Positions 5,792-14,450 are shown, numbered from the stretch's first letter. The stretch: 20,000 nucleotides of DNA from an uncultured virus (IMG/VR IMGVR_UViG_3300022200_000036) (IMGVR_UViG_3300022200_000036); one strand, 5' to 3'. Made by a program: numbers and translations. The notes: generated by a model from the sequence alone, not told the origin.

Positions 5792-8329
5792 CTAGTAATC
5801 AACCTGTAGTTTTCCTTTGCGCATCAAACCGTTAATGACCCAAACCAAGCTATCGACGCAATCGTCGTGACTGCTAATACCAAAGTTCGTCAGCTCTTCG
5901 AACATTGCCGTGAAGTTACGGAATCGATTGAAAATTATCTTACGATCTTCAAAAAGACCCATGCAACCACGGAAACGCGCAAGTTTATCGGCGCGGAATC
6001 CTTTGACTGCGTGCCAATTTAAGTTATAAAGATTTTCATTGTTTAAACAAACACGCTTGAAGTCTGATTCAAGAGAAGCCTGGTATTGCACAGCTTCTGA
6101 ATAAATATCGCATGTGGAGTAGGTCGGATAGTAATTTCCGTTTTCGTCACGTCCCACGATAGACCAATCATTAAGAAGTTCTTTAAGGGCATCCAGCTTT
6201 TCAAGGTTGCCCATGACACGCAACCGGCGGTAATCAATCACGTGAATCTGATCGCCAATTCGACCGGCAAGCGTCATTACCGTGTAATCATTCTTTTCTT
6301 TTGTACCAGCAGATAGGTCGACTCCCACAGCAATCGTATCGAACTCAGTGGCGATCTCGGCTTTTATAATAAGCTCTGGTGCCAAGGACAGTTCATTCTG
6401 TCTGATCACCTGATTCATGTACTGGAACGAGAAGGCAATAGGTGCTTGCCTCTTCTTTTCTTTCAGGTAATCCAGTGACCACATCTCAGGCCAATACGAG
6501 ACTTCGTCCCCTGTTTTAGGGTCGTTCAAGATGGCGGACAACACAATTTGAATCCAGTTGTTTTGTGGGTTGAATGTTGTGGAGTGAATATCGTCATGTC
6601 TGAAGCGCGTACCAAGACAGATGGCACGTCCACCCTCAAACATTGTTGGTGCAATCACCGCATTCCAGTTCTCCTGCATCTGTTTACGGATGTCAGGGTT
6701 AGAAATATCTGCAGCTGACTTGATCGCGTCATCAATTATGCAATTCAAAACATTTAAACCATTAGCGATAAAGTTGTGGTCTAAATGCTCTACTTCTAGG
6801 TCATAGACGAACTCCTCTCTTTCGCTAAGAAACTCAACTCTGGAAACGGGCTCGGGCGACCAGCCTTGTCCGTTACCTGATGATGCGCCACATGACACTG
6901 GCGACATAATGTAATCAAATTTTGCGGGATATTGTTTGTCTTTTTGTGGTCGATATGATGTACGCAAAGATTTGTCCTGGACGTTCCGTTGCTTAATAAC
7001 AACTTCCGCTCCTTTGTATTGCATCCAACGCAAGTAAAATTGTCCCTTTCCAAAATCAACGGTCTCATTTCCTGAAAATCGTTGGAACTGCAGCCGTGTT
7101 GGTAATTGCTGTTCCCAGTCTTTTTCATTCGCCGTGAATGAAGGTGATTCGCACACTCCCGCGAGCAACAAGTTGTTTTGTGACTGACTGGTCGAAATAA
7201 TGCTTGACAAACTGGACAAGATTTTTCCTGAAGCTTTCGTGATGCTGCTCCAGTACACTGATGGCTGCAACAAATCACTAATGGATTTTTTGAAAGACGT
7301 TGGGATAAGCGATTTGAGGTTACGCAAAACTGTTGGCCACACTGCGGACAAGTTGGCCTTACCTGAAAAGCCTGTGTTGTACGAAAACAAGCCTCGCAGA
7401 TACGTTGTGTTTTTTTCTTTGGCCCCCCGCAGGAAAGACAGTTCTTTATCTTGTCTCCTGTTGGATGCTCTGACAAGGACATCCCCTGCACTAAGATCTC
7501 CCGCCCTCTTTTGTTTTCCGTCTTGCGTAACGAAAGGGTGCTCGGGAGTTGCTGAAATACGATTTCCAGAGGCTGTTGTAATGTCAACAATGCCTTTGGT
7601 AAAACGCCTTGTAACTGCCCCCACGTTGCTCCAATCAATTTGATTTGTTTCTGAGTTTCTAACAGCAATTTGGTATTGGTCTGGATCTTCATAAATAGCT
7701 TTAATTGGCACTTGACCAACGTTGGTCGTAACTAGTGTATCACCTGTCAAGCACAAGTGCGAGCGCTTAGAAGTCACGGAGCCCTTGAGGCCAGCAGCGC
7801 AGAGTGTGAATTGTTCTTCACCAGTGGTGTCAATACCTGCAAACCTGTGATCAATAGACCAATACTCATTGCTGGTAACGTTCTTGAGTAGCCGTACCTT
7901 TGGAAAAACTTCTTGGTAGCGCTTGCTTTCAATGATTCGTTTAATCGTTGCAGACTTAGATCGAGCAATATCGACTGTGTAGGAAAGATAAAGAATTTGT
8001 AGCGGCATTTTTGCCATGGTGTGAACACCAATAGCCCATGCCGTAAACAACCCAAGGACGGTACTTTTGGCGGAGCCCCTCGGCGCCAAGAGATCAACAT
8101 TTGGACCGGCAATCTTTATCAAACAATTACTATCATTGCCGGTAACAAACTGTCTATGCCATTCTTTGTGGTGAGCGGCTGGTGGTTTATCTGCTACATA
8201 CTCACAAAAGAACCCAAAATCTTCCCGTGCTTTCTCCAGGGATTCAAGATTTCGTGGAACTCGAATTTGTTGCCTGCGTGCAGCAGCCTGTGCGTTACGT
8301 CGGTAAGCAAGGTGTTGATAAGCAGGCAT
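5792..8329 (-). CDS. terL: Terminase large subunit precursor containing an intein (845 aa; 508 aa after splicing)
   Basis: Walker A-like LLAPRGSAKST; Walker B restored across the splice junction (SHL|CIIDD); coupling motif CLGTRF; RNase H-like nuclease residues VGVDLS and HDDCVDS. Confidence 0.93.
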   Translation of the reverse strand: MPAYQHLAYRRNAQAAARRQQIRVPRNLESLEKAREDFGFFCEYVADKPPAAHHKEWHRQFVTGNDSNCLIKIAGPNVDLLAPRGSAKSTVLGLFTAWAIGVHTMAKMPLQILYLSYTVDIARSKSATIKRIIESKRYQEVFPKVRLLKNVTSNEYWSIDHRFAGIDTTGEEQFTLCAAGLKGSVTSKRSHLCLTGDTLVTTNVGQVPIKAIYEDPDQYQIAVRNSETNQIDWSNVGAVTRRFTKGIVDITTASGNRISATPEHPFVTQDGKQKRAGDLSAGDVLVRASNRRQDKELSFLRGAKEKNTTYLRGLFSYNTGFSGKANLSAVWPTVLRNLKSLIPTSFKKSISDLLQPSVYWSSITKASGKILSSLSSIISTSQSQNNLLLAGVCESPSFTANEKDWEQQLPTRLQFQRFSGNETVDFGKGQFYLRWMQYKGAEVVIKQRNVQDKSLRTSYRPQKDKQYPAKFDYIMSPVSCGASSGNGQGWSPEPVSRVEFLSEREEFVYDLEVEHLDHNFIANGLNVLNCIIDDAIKSAADISNPDIRKQMQENWNAVIAPTMFEGGRAICLGTRFRHDDIHSTTFNPQNNWIQIVLSAILNDPKTGDEVSYWPEMWSLDYLKEKKRQAPIAFSFQYMNQVIRQNELSLAPELIIKAEIATEFDTIAVGVDLSAGTKEKNDYTVMTLAGRIGDQIHVIDYRRLRVMGNLEKLDALKELLNDWSIVGRDENGNYYPTYSTCDIYSEAVQYQASLESDFKRVCLNNENLYNLNWHAVKGFRADKLARFRGCMGLFEDRKIIFNRFRNFTAMFEELTNFGISSHDDCVDSLVWVINGLMRKGKLQVDY
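6743..7753 (-). mobile_element. Intein (337 aa, TerL residues 193-529)
   Basis: Block A CLTGDTLV; block B ISATPEHPF (TxxH); KRAGDLSAGDVL; block F FVYDLEVEHLDHNFIANG; C-terminal LN followed by +1 Cys. Confidence 0.93.
6796..7491 (-). CDS. Zinc-finger HNH endonuclease encoded in the +1 frame inside the intein
   Basis: Cys clusters CLSC..CEAC, CPQC..CCSHQC and CPVC..CCSREC, then an HNH domain ILERDNFTCVGC...LCVHHIDHKKTNNIPQNLITLCRQCHVAHH. GTG at 7491 has GGGAG 6 nt upstream; an alternative ATG is at 7482. Confidence 0.88.
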   Translation of the reverse strand: MQGMSLSEHPTGDKIKNCLSCGGPKKKTQRICEACFRTTQAFQVRPTCPQCGQQFCVTSNRLSQRLSKNPLVICCSHQCTGAASRKLQEKSCPVCQALFRPVSHKTTCCSRECANHLHSRRMKKTGNSNYQHGCSSNDFQEMRPLILERDNFTCVGCNTKERKLLLSNGTSRTNLCVHHIDHKKTNNIPQNLITLCRQCHVAHHQVTDKAGRPSPFPELSFLAKERSSSMT

Positions 8330-8359
8330 CTTATGCAGTAATCAGCGTATTACTGAATA

Positions 8360-8716
8360 CTACCTTATTTTCCCTCGTTGTTGCCTTTCTTCTTCTGTTC
8401 CTTGTACTTGCGAGCTTTCTCCAAAGCGGCCTTCCTCTTCTCGTTGTCCGACATCTCGCTGCCGTCCTTGTTCTTGGCCTCTTTCTTCTTGAAGTGCTCC
8501 AGTAGTTCTGGAGGCATCTTGTTCTTGCTCATTGGCTTTCTTTTCCATTAAGGCATTCATCACTTCTTGCCCTTGAGAAACCTTTTGGGCAATTGGTGTT
8601 GGACGACGCACACCAGCATGCTGCTCGCGATTCTTCTGTAGTTTACGTACTACATCAGCCATGCGGCCAGCAATATTTTCACCAAAAACTGGTGGCTGCG
8701 GCGATGGTTTTTCCAT
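8360..8716 (-). CDS. Hypothetical protein (118 aa; C-terminal half overlaps the 55-aa ORF)
   Basis: ORF track; same strand as the block and fills the gap between 8735 and terL. Confidence 0.6.
   Translation of the reverse strand: MEKPSPQPPVFGENIAGRMADVVRKLQKNREQHAGVRRPTPIAQKVSQGQEVMNALMEKKANEQEQDASRTTGALQEERGQEQGRQRDVGQREEEGRFGESSQVQGTEEERQQRGKIR
8365..8532 (-). CDS. Small Lys/Glu-rich protein (55 aa, MSKNKMPPELLEHFKKKEAK...), not in the ORF track
   Basis: ATG 8532 to TAA 8365. Charged, helical-looking sequence in the +1 frame of 8360..8716, immediately upstream of terL. Confidence 0.6.
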   Translation of the reverse strand: MSKNKMPPELLEHFKKKEAKNKDGSEMSDNEKRKAALEKARKYKEQKKKGNNEGK

Positions 8717-8734
8717 GAAACAAGTCTAAATTAA

Positions 8735-9352
8735 TTATTCTTCAAGTTGCATGTGAGACCATACACTCATCGAAGCCTCTTCCAGGGGCATTTCAATAGG
8801 ATCATCCTTAAAGATAGTAAGGAGTTCACGAATAGCGCGATCCGCACCCGCCATTAACAGGCCCTTGCGATCTTTATTAGAAGTAAACAGCTCTACTTGT
8901 GCAATAGTCCCACGTAATTCTTTTTGCATACCAGCGATACGCGCAACTCCTGCATCACGCTTGACAATGCCGTTATCTACGTCTTCACGGAGTTTACGGA
9001 TATCCTCCTGCATCTCATCGATTTCGTACAAAAGTACTTTCCTGTGATCAGGTTTTGGATAGTACTTTTGTAGCCAGTAATCACATCCAGCGATACCTCC
9101 GTTATATCCAAGAAAACGTGCATATAAATAGCATTCAATCACCGAAAAAGTTTCGGCGCAAAAAGCTCTGAACGCATTCTCGGTAGGTGAGTCAAGATTA
9201 TCGACCCATTGGTCGAATACCTCAATATCGATATGCTCTTTGGGATTGCGCGTAATCTCGAGCTTCGTCTTCTTGACCGAACTGCTGGGCTTGTGCTGCA
9301 GACTTACGCTGTTCTTCACCGGTCTTTCCGATTGAGGCACGTTCTTGCTCAC
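8735..9352 (-). CDS. Hypothetical helical protein, candidate terminase small subunit
   Basis: 205 aa with a globular region followed by a coiled coil (EIDEMQEDIRKLREDVDNG), close upstream of terL. GTG start with AAGGA upstream. The TerS call rests on size and synteny only. Confidence 0.5.
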   Translation of the reverse strand: MSKNVPQSERPVKNSVSLQHKPSSSVKKTKLEITRNPKEHIDIEVFDQWVDNLDSPTENAFRAFCAETFSVIECYLYARFLGYNGGIAGCDYWLQKYYPKPDHRKVLLYEIDEMQEDIRKLREDVDNGIVKRDAGVARIAGMQKELRGTIAQVELFTSNKDRKGLLMAGADRAIRELLTIFKDDPIEMPLEEASMSVWSHMQLEE

Positions 9353-9515
9353 CTGCTTCCTTCATTTTTTCCTTGGACGAACCAACAGATACATCCTGGA
9401 AGATTTTAACAGCAGACGCTGCCTTACGTGCTTTGTCCTCATCAAACAAAAGATCGTAAGGATCAGGGTTTGCTGGGCTTTTACTTTCGTCCCAATAGGC
9501 TTCAAAGTCAGCCAT
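9222..9515 (-). CDS. Hypothetical charged helical protein (97 aa)
   Basis: GAGG upstream; start coupled by TAATG to the 53-aa ORF. Confidence 0.7.
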   Translation of the reverse strand: MADFEAYWDESKSPANPDPYDLLFDEDKARKAASAVKIFQDVSVGSSKEKMKEAGEQERASIGKTGEEQRKSAAQAQQFGQEDEARDYAQSQRAYRY

Positions 9516-9676
9516 TAACGCACTTCCTCTTTGTTATCTGCCTTAAAAACATCTTCTTCTTTTTGTCCAGAAGAAGATTGTTTATCCTGTTCTAATTTGT
9601 TTTTGGCGTAGCGGTAAGCAACGTCAGCAGCCTGGCGGTAACGATTAAGTTCAGAAACGGTATCTGTCTCTTTCAT
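9515..9676 (-). CDS. Hypothetical 53-aa protein (MKETDTVSELNRYRQAADVAYRYAKNKLEQ...), not in the ORF track
   Basis: ATG 9676 to TAA at 9515-9517, overlapping the next ATG (TAATG). Fills the gap exactly. Confidence 0.7.
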   Translation of the reverse strand: MKETDTVSELNRYRQAADVAYRYAKNKLEQDKQSSSGQKEEDVFKADNKEEVR

Positions 9677-9697
9677 TACAACCAGGCTTTATATAGA

Positions 9698-10006
9698 TCA
9701 GAAGTTACCCATCATGCTGGCAAGGCCTCCAGCAAAGGTGTCCCGTTGACGTGCACGGTTAGCTTGTGCAGCCTGACGCAATTTGGAACCTTCAAGACGG
9801 CTGATCAGGGTCTCAAAATCCTGAAGCTCGGCATCAGACATACCACCGCCGTACTTGCGGGTGGTGATCTCATCTGCCAATGCTTGGGCTTCTGCTTCAC
9901 TCATGCCCTCGGACATGAGCTGTTCTTTAGTAGCACGGAATTTACTCTGGTCGCCAGCGCGTTTGCCGCTAGAGACGTTAGTAGTTGCAGCGAGATTGTA
10001 AGCCAT
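9698..10006 (-). CDS. Hypothetical protein, putative internal virion protein
   Basis: 102 aa, A/Q/E-rich helical, ending in GGLASMMGNF. TAAAAT upstream at 10031-10036. Confidence 0.7.
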   Translation of the reverse strand: MAYNLAATTNVSSGKRAGDQSKFRATKEQLMSEGMSEAEAQALADEITTRKYGGGMSDAELQDFETLISRLEGSKLRQAAQANRARQRDTFAGGLASMMGNF

Positions 10007-10047
10007 GTTTAAAAGATTAAATCTAAAGTTATTTTAGTATGTTTTAC

Positions 10048-10509
10048 CTAGAAATTAAACATACTGGTAATGCTGCGCATCATGTCAGCACCACGTTCAA
10101 TTCTAGTAACGTTTTCCAATCCAGCGTTAACAATTTTTTGTAGATCAATTTTGCCTTTGGCTTCTGCTTGTACCACAGGAATGCGATTATCAATTTCATA
10201 CTTAAGACGTTCTGTCTCGGCTGCTTGCCGAACATTTTCCATTGCTTTCTGTGCGTCCCAGCCGTAGTTAGAGATCTGAGAACGCGTTTGTAGTTCAGCG
10301 GCTGTTTGTGCAGCCTCGAACTCAGGAAGAGTGTAACTTGTCGTTGGTGCTGCGTACGCTTGCGCTTTAGGCCCAACTGCAACCCCTGCGCCTTGAACCC
10401 TATTGATCTCAGCTTGAATTTCGCGCATGCTGCGACCTGCAGCAAGGGCTCGATCAATATCAGCTTGGCCAATGCCAGGTGCTGATCCAGGTGTATCTAG
10501 CCAGGACAT
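10048..10509 (-). CDS. Hypothetical Ala/Gln-rich protein, putative internal virion protein
   Basis: 153 aa, helical, ending in ITSMFNF. Confidence 0.7.
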   Translation of the reverse strand: MSWLDTPGSAPGIGQADIDRALAAGRSMREIQAEINRVQGAGVAVGPKAQAYAAPTTSYTLPEFEAAQTAAELQTRSQISNYGWDAQKAMENVRQAAETERLKYEIDNRIPVVQAEAKGKIDLQKIVNAGLENVTRIERGADMMRSITSMFNF

Positions 10510-10535
10510 ATTAAAACCTTTTTTTATAGTTTAAT

Positions 10536-11084
10536 TTAGCCAAGCATTGCATTAACTAGATTCGTGACGTTACCTGGATTAAATTGAAAACGTCCTCTGT
10601 CTAGCGTGCCATCAGGCCGTGTTGATATAGGGCCATACGTGCGCTCCCAATCAAGATCAGCTTCGCTCCTAACGGCACCAGGATTTGCAGACAGTATACG
10701 AGTGTTCAATAAAGATTGAAAAGAGCTGGGATCTTTAGCCCCCATTGCCTTAGCATAGCGGGTCGTATCTGCCCACTCAGCATCTGTCATAGGACGGCTT
10801 AACAGATCCTGGAAAGAAACCTCAGCAATTGGTTTATATGCCTCATAATTAACATCAGCTGCACTGTATTTACCAATTAGTGCATCCGGACGAAAGTTTG
10901 TATACCCTCTATAACCCGATAAAAAACTAATAGCATCGCTAGGACTCTGCTCGAAGAGTTCTCTAGCTGTTTTTTTAATCCCTTTGCGCTCCTTACGAGA
11001 AAGGCGTGATACCTTTGCAGGGTAATCTTCAAAGATTGAAAGGCTTGTATGGTGGCCTTCGCCAGGAGATTTACCAAATGACAT
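10536..11084 (-). CDS. Hypothetical protein
   Basis: 182-aa ORF in the operon direction with GAGG upstream. Confidence 0.7.
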   Translation of the reverse strand: MSFGKSPGEGHHTSLSIFEDYPAKVSRLSRKERKGIKKTARELFEQSPSDAISFLSGYRGYTNFRPDALIGKYSAADVNYEAYKPIAEVSFQDLLSRPMTDAEWADTTRYAKAMGAKDPSSFQSLLNTRILSANPGAVRSEADLDWERTYGPISTRPDGTLDRGRFQFNPGNVTNLVNAMLG

Positions 11085-11124
11085 GTGTATTGCCTCTATC
11101 GTTCCAGTCTAAAACAACAAGTTT

Positions 11125-11556
11125 TTATGAAAGACGTGAAGCCATGGCCGTTAAGTACGGGTCAAACTTCCCGGACAGCATGAAATTTTGCCTGAAATCT
11201 TGCTGATTTTTTGCTTGGAATATAGGACTTTGCATGAAGCTATATCCCCCACGTAAAGCTTGCATTTGACTGCCCATATCACGATCTTGCATGGCCATAT
11301 CTAAGCCAATGTTCCGAACGCCCCATTTATTAGCTTCGTTCTGAGCTTCGCGGGCAGACTGCTGCCCCATGGCGCCCCCAACAATTCCGGCAAGGCCTTG
11401 AATACCTGCCGATGCTGCCATCCAAGGTCCTAATGCCATTGATCCTGCTCCTGTTGCTGCTGAGGTAGTTGCGCTAGTACCAGCTCCTGACATGGCTGCT
11501 CCTCCGCCAAAAATATCTGGGAAGAATCGACCTATAGAGCTAGCGCTACTTGCCAT
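11125..11556 (-). CDS. Putative internal virion/DNA-ejection (pilot-like) protein
   Basis: 143 aa. G/A/S-rich N-terminus, hydrophobic WMAASAGIQGLAGIVGGAMG, then Q/A/N-rich helix QQSAREAQNEANK, the architecture typical of pilot/ejection proteins. Confidence 0.6.
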   Translation of the reverse strand: MASSASSIGRFFPDIFGGGAAMSGAGTSATTSAATGAGSMALGPWMAASAGIQGLAGIVGGAMGQQSAREAQNEANKWGVRNIGLDMAMQDRDMGSQMQALRGGYSFMQSPIFQAKNQQDFRQNFMLSGKFDPYLTAMASRLS

Positions 11557-11573
11557 GGTTATTTTTTCTTATT

Positions 11574-12050
11574 TTAACCGACAAAGCCGTAATAGTTACG
11601 GGATTGATAAGGGCGTTGCATCTGCCCGGCACCACGAGCAGCAATTTCAATCTGCTCAGGTGTATAACGTTGTCTTTGTGCAAAGGCATTGCTAATGGCA
11701 GCTGGAACATCCTTAAGGAACGAACCAATTACCGTATTACGAATACCCATCTCGTTTGCTTCTTGTGCTGCTTGGCGTTGATAAGCAAGAGCTTTGTCAA
11801 ACATCGCTTCAGACCGACGAGCTGCTTCTGCATCACGAAGGCTTAACATGCCTCCCATGAGAGCAAAACCACGCATGTCTTCAGGCAGTTTACTAAGAGC
11901 GGGATTAGAAGCAAACCCGATTAAATCAGACATAAACCCACCTGCAATAGGCATAGTGGTACTAGTCTGACCCGAATCAAAACGCATACGATCCCATACA
12001 GGACCAGAGTTAAATGGACGACCTTGTGCAAATGAAGACATGACAATCAA
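11574..12050 (-). CDS. Hypothetical protein, putative internal virion protein
   Basis: 158 aa (start may be the ATG at 12041); A/Q/M-rich helical. Confidence 0.65.
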   Translation of the reverse strand: MIVMSSFAQGRPFNSGPVWDRMRFDSGQTSTTMPIAGGFMSDLIGFASNPALSKLPEDMRGFALMGGMLSLRDAEAARRSEAMFDKALAYQRQAAQEANEMGIRNTVIGSFLKDVPAAISNAFAQRQRYTPEQIEIAARGAGQMQRPYQSRNYYGFVG

Positions 12051-12958
12051 CCAAACCTAATTTGAGGAGCCTGCATCACAGAGCCGGCATAAGGATTGTT
12101 CGACAACGCAGTACGAACGGTAGCACCAGTCTCGGCTTGTGCGCCCTGGGCAAGAGCACCTGCCGTTGCTAACATGCCTTGCTGCAGATAACCTTGGTTT
12201 TGTGTGTTAAGTAAAGCTTGCTGTCGAACCAGGGCTGCGTTGTTGAGTTGGTTGATAATCGGAAGTTTACGTTGAAGATCCGAGTAAGATTGATCTGAAA
12301 TAGCTTTCTGCAGGTCTATCGCGTTACTGGTGATTACTCCCATGTTATTGCGAAACCTTGTTGTGCCAAGATCGTCGATCTGACGCGCTCTGGCAAGTTG
12401 ATTAGCAAAATCTTCTTTGCCAGTGGTAGGATCACCTGTTGCTTTGCGTTTTAAAGCTTCCATACCAGAAGCTGTGGCCCCTGGAAGAATAGCACCGAGA
12501 CCCATAAGACCCAGGCTAAGTACGGTTCCAGGTAGACCACCCTTGCCAAGCATTGCCGCACCAGCGGCAGATAAGCCGGCAGGAGCAAGTGCTGCAACAG
12601 CGCCAAGAGGACGACCTTCCTGAAGCTCTTCTATGGAGGTGCCAAGGGCTGGAGTAGCTGCGAGAGCGGCTGTACCTAAGCGTGCATAACCACCTGCCTG
12701 AGGGTAACGCTTAAGGAAATCCTGCGCAGCTACTCTTCCCTCCCTGAGCTTTTGCTTTCCTTTACCAATTACTTCCTTTGCTTGTTCACGCATGCCAGGC
12801 CCTGGAGGGGTGGGAATACCTGAAAGAACAGGAGTTGCACCACGGGAAGGAAGCGATTCCGGGTCAATTAAACCTGCACGTGCGGCTGCATAAGGATCTT
12901 GATAATAAGCTCTTGGGTCTAATCCCGCCTGCATGGCGGCAAGTTCTTCCGGCGTCAT
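12047..12958 (-). CDS. Putative internal virion protein with hydrophobic segments and Gln-rich coiled coil
   Basis: 303 aa with A/G/L-rich hydrophobic stretches (TVLSLGLMGLGAILPG) and a Q/N-rich helical C-half. Confidence 0.7.
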   Translation of the reverse strand: MTPEELAAMQAGLDPRAYYQDPYAAARAGLIDPESLPSRGATPVLSGIPTPPGPGMREQAKEVIGKGKQKLREGRVAAQDFLKRYPQAGGYARLGTAALAATPALGTSIEELQEGRPLGAVAALAPAGLSAAGAAMLGKGGLPGTVLSLGLMGLGAILPGATASGMEALKRKATGDPTTGKEDFANQLARARQIDDLGTTRFRNNMGVITSNAIDLQKAISDQSYSDLQRKLPIINQLNNAALVRQQALLNTQNQGYLQQGMLATAGALAQGAQAETGATVRTALSNNPYAGSVMQAPQIRFG

Positions 12959-12989
12959 TTATCAATAGTCTTTATTTACTTAAATTCTA

Positions 12990-13880
12990 TCACTGCATGC
13001 CTTGTGTATATTCTGTTGTTGTTGGTAATTTTGGTCGGTTAGCAGATGCAATAGCCTGGTTCATTACATTACCAACCAATGCGCCAGCACCAGAACCAGC
13101 AAGACCAGCAATAGCAGAACGCGCAAATCTTCCTTTAGGTCCACCAGTCCTTGCTGCAACACCAACAGCAGCCACACCACCAACAGCCGATGTAACAGAA
13201 GGAATGGTCACTGGGAAACCAAGGAGCCGTGCTTCTGGTACTCCTTGAAGATTTTCAGGTGTGAATTTTGCAACACCAAGTAAACCACGGTCTTGGTAGT
13301 AACTCCTCATGAAATTACCATAACGTTGTGGTGTAAGATCTGGAATTTCTTGCTTAGCTGTTTCGTACTTCAGTGGGCGACCAGAGCGCCCAAGGAAAAA
13401 GCGCTCAAATAATTCCATGGTTGGTTGAGAACTTTCTCTTCGATCTTCAGAGCCTTCTTCCGCATAGGTTTGAGCAAAACCCTTGGGCCTAAATTGTTGA
13501 GAGATATTTGTAATGTCATAAACCCCAGTAAGAGCTCGTGATGCTCCCAAAACAGAAGTAAGTAAAAGACCTTTCTTGATAGGCCCCATTTCTTTGGCCG
13601 CTTGCTTACCAATTGCTTTCTCAGCAATAACATTTTTAATTGCTTCAGGATGGTTGTAGCGCCACCATAAAGTACGTGTACCATCATTAGTAATATCCGC
13701 GATCATGCGTGCGGTATATGCGCCTACAAATTCAGCAGGACTTTGACGAAGCGTAATGCCTTCTTTTGCAAGTCGTTTCTTGAAAGTAGGAGAACCAATC
13801 GATAGATTATATGCATTGGTTTCCGTCATCAGCTGTTCAGCTGTGCGGTAACCTTGCTGTGCTTTCTGGAATAAATTCAT
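12990..13880 (-). CDS. Hypothetical protein with C-terminal glycine-zipper-like hydrophobic helices
   Basis: 296 aa containing VTSAVGGVAAVGVAA and SAIAGLAGSGAGALVGNVM. Confidence 0.75.
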   Translation of the reverse strand: MNLFQKAQQGYRTAEQLMTETNAYNLSIGSPTFKKRLAKEGITLRQSPAEFVGAYTARMIADITNDGTRTLWWRYNHPEAIKNVIAEKAIGKQAAKEMGPIKKGLLLTSVLGASRALTGVYDITNISQQFRPKGFAQTYAEEGSEDRRESSQPTMELFERFFLGRSGRPLKYETAKQEIPDLTPQRYGNFMRSYYQDRGLLGVAKFTPENLQGVPEARLLGFPVTIPSVTSAVGGVAAVGVAARTGGPKGRFARSAIAGLAGSGAGALVGNVMNQAIASANRPKLPTTTEYTQGMQ

Positions 13881-13883
13881 GGC

Positions 13884-14450
13884 TTACGCAATCCCGTATT
13901 GAGAAAGAACCGCTTGGTCCTGTGGTGTTAAGTATTGCTGCCAATTACCAGCAAGTTGCATTTGTCTTGGGACATCATCCAAGAACTCCATGCCTGCCAT
14001 CTGAAATTGAGTGCCAGGTGCTACGGCTTGGATAGGAAGATCATTAATTTGAGCACGTTCGATCATTTGTGCCATAATCTGCTGTTCCTGCGAATAGTTT
14101 GTAGGAACAGGTCGTGGTTCAAGGATGGAAGAAAGTCCGTATCCGGTACCAATAGAAGCTGCAATATTGGCAGGCAACTCGAGCCTACTACCTTTTGTTG
14201 TCGTTTCTACTTTGCCTGTATCCAGATTTTTTATTCGTTTTTGTTGATATGACTTAGGGCGCAATGCACGTACTGCCGCAACAGATCCACCAGATGCAAG
14301 GGTATCTCCGACACCGTACGCAAGTGCAGTAACTGGATCGGAACCTGTTAATAAAGACATGGCCGTGGTAAGGCCACCACTCATCAATGAAGGTGCGGCA
14401 ACCTGCTTAGCTGTATTCAATAAGCTTTGAAATAGTTTACCGCGAGCCAT
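13884..14450 (-). CDS. Hypothetical protein with hydrophobic N-terminal region
   Basis: 188 aa; perfect TATAAT at 14467-14472 upstream. Confidence 0.7.
   Translation of the reverse strand: MARGKLFQSLLNTAKQVAAPSLMSGGLTTAMSLLTGSDPVTALAYGVGDTLASGGSVAAVRALRPKSYQQKRIKNLDTGKVETTTKGSRLELPANIAASIGTGYGLSSILEPRPVPTNYSQEQQIMAQMIERAQINDLPIQAVAPGTQFQMAGMEFLDDVPRQMQLAGNWQQYLTPQDQAVLSQYGIA

Noticed and set aside
7200..7643. Plus-strand 147-aa ORF as a third coding layer in the intein
   Set aside because: No motif or translation signal; two frames already constrain this DNA.
7492..7719. N-terminal extension of the HNH ORF given in the track (307 aa)
   Set aside because: It overlaps intein blocks A-B and looks like shadow sequence; the better start signal is at 7491/7482. 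It would matter only if expression is by frameshift.
6743..7753. A group I or II intron in terL as the explanation for the HNH
   Set aside because: No P/Q/R/S or domain V elements seen. The TerL frame is continuous and the insert is bounded by intein blocks.
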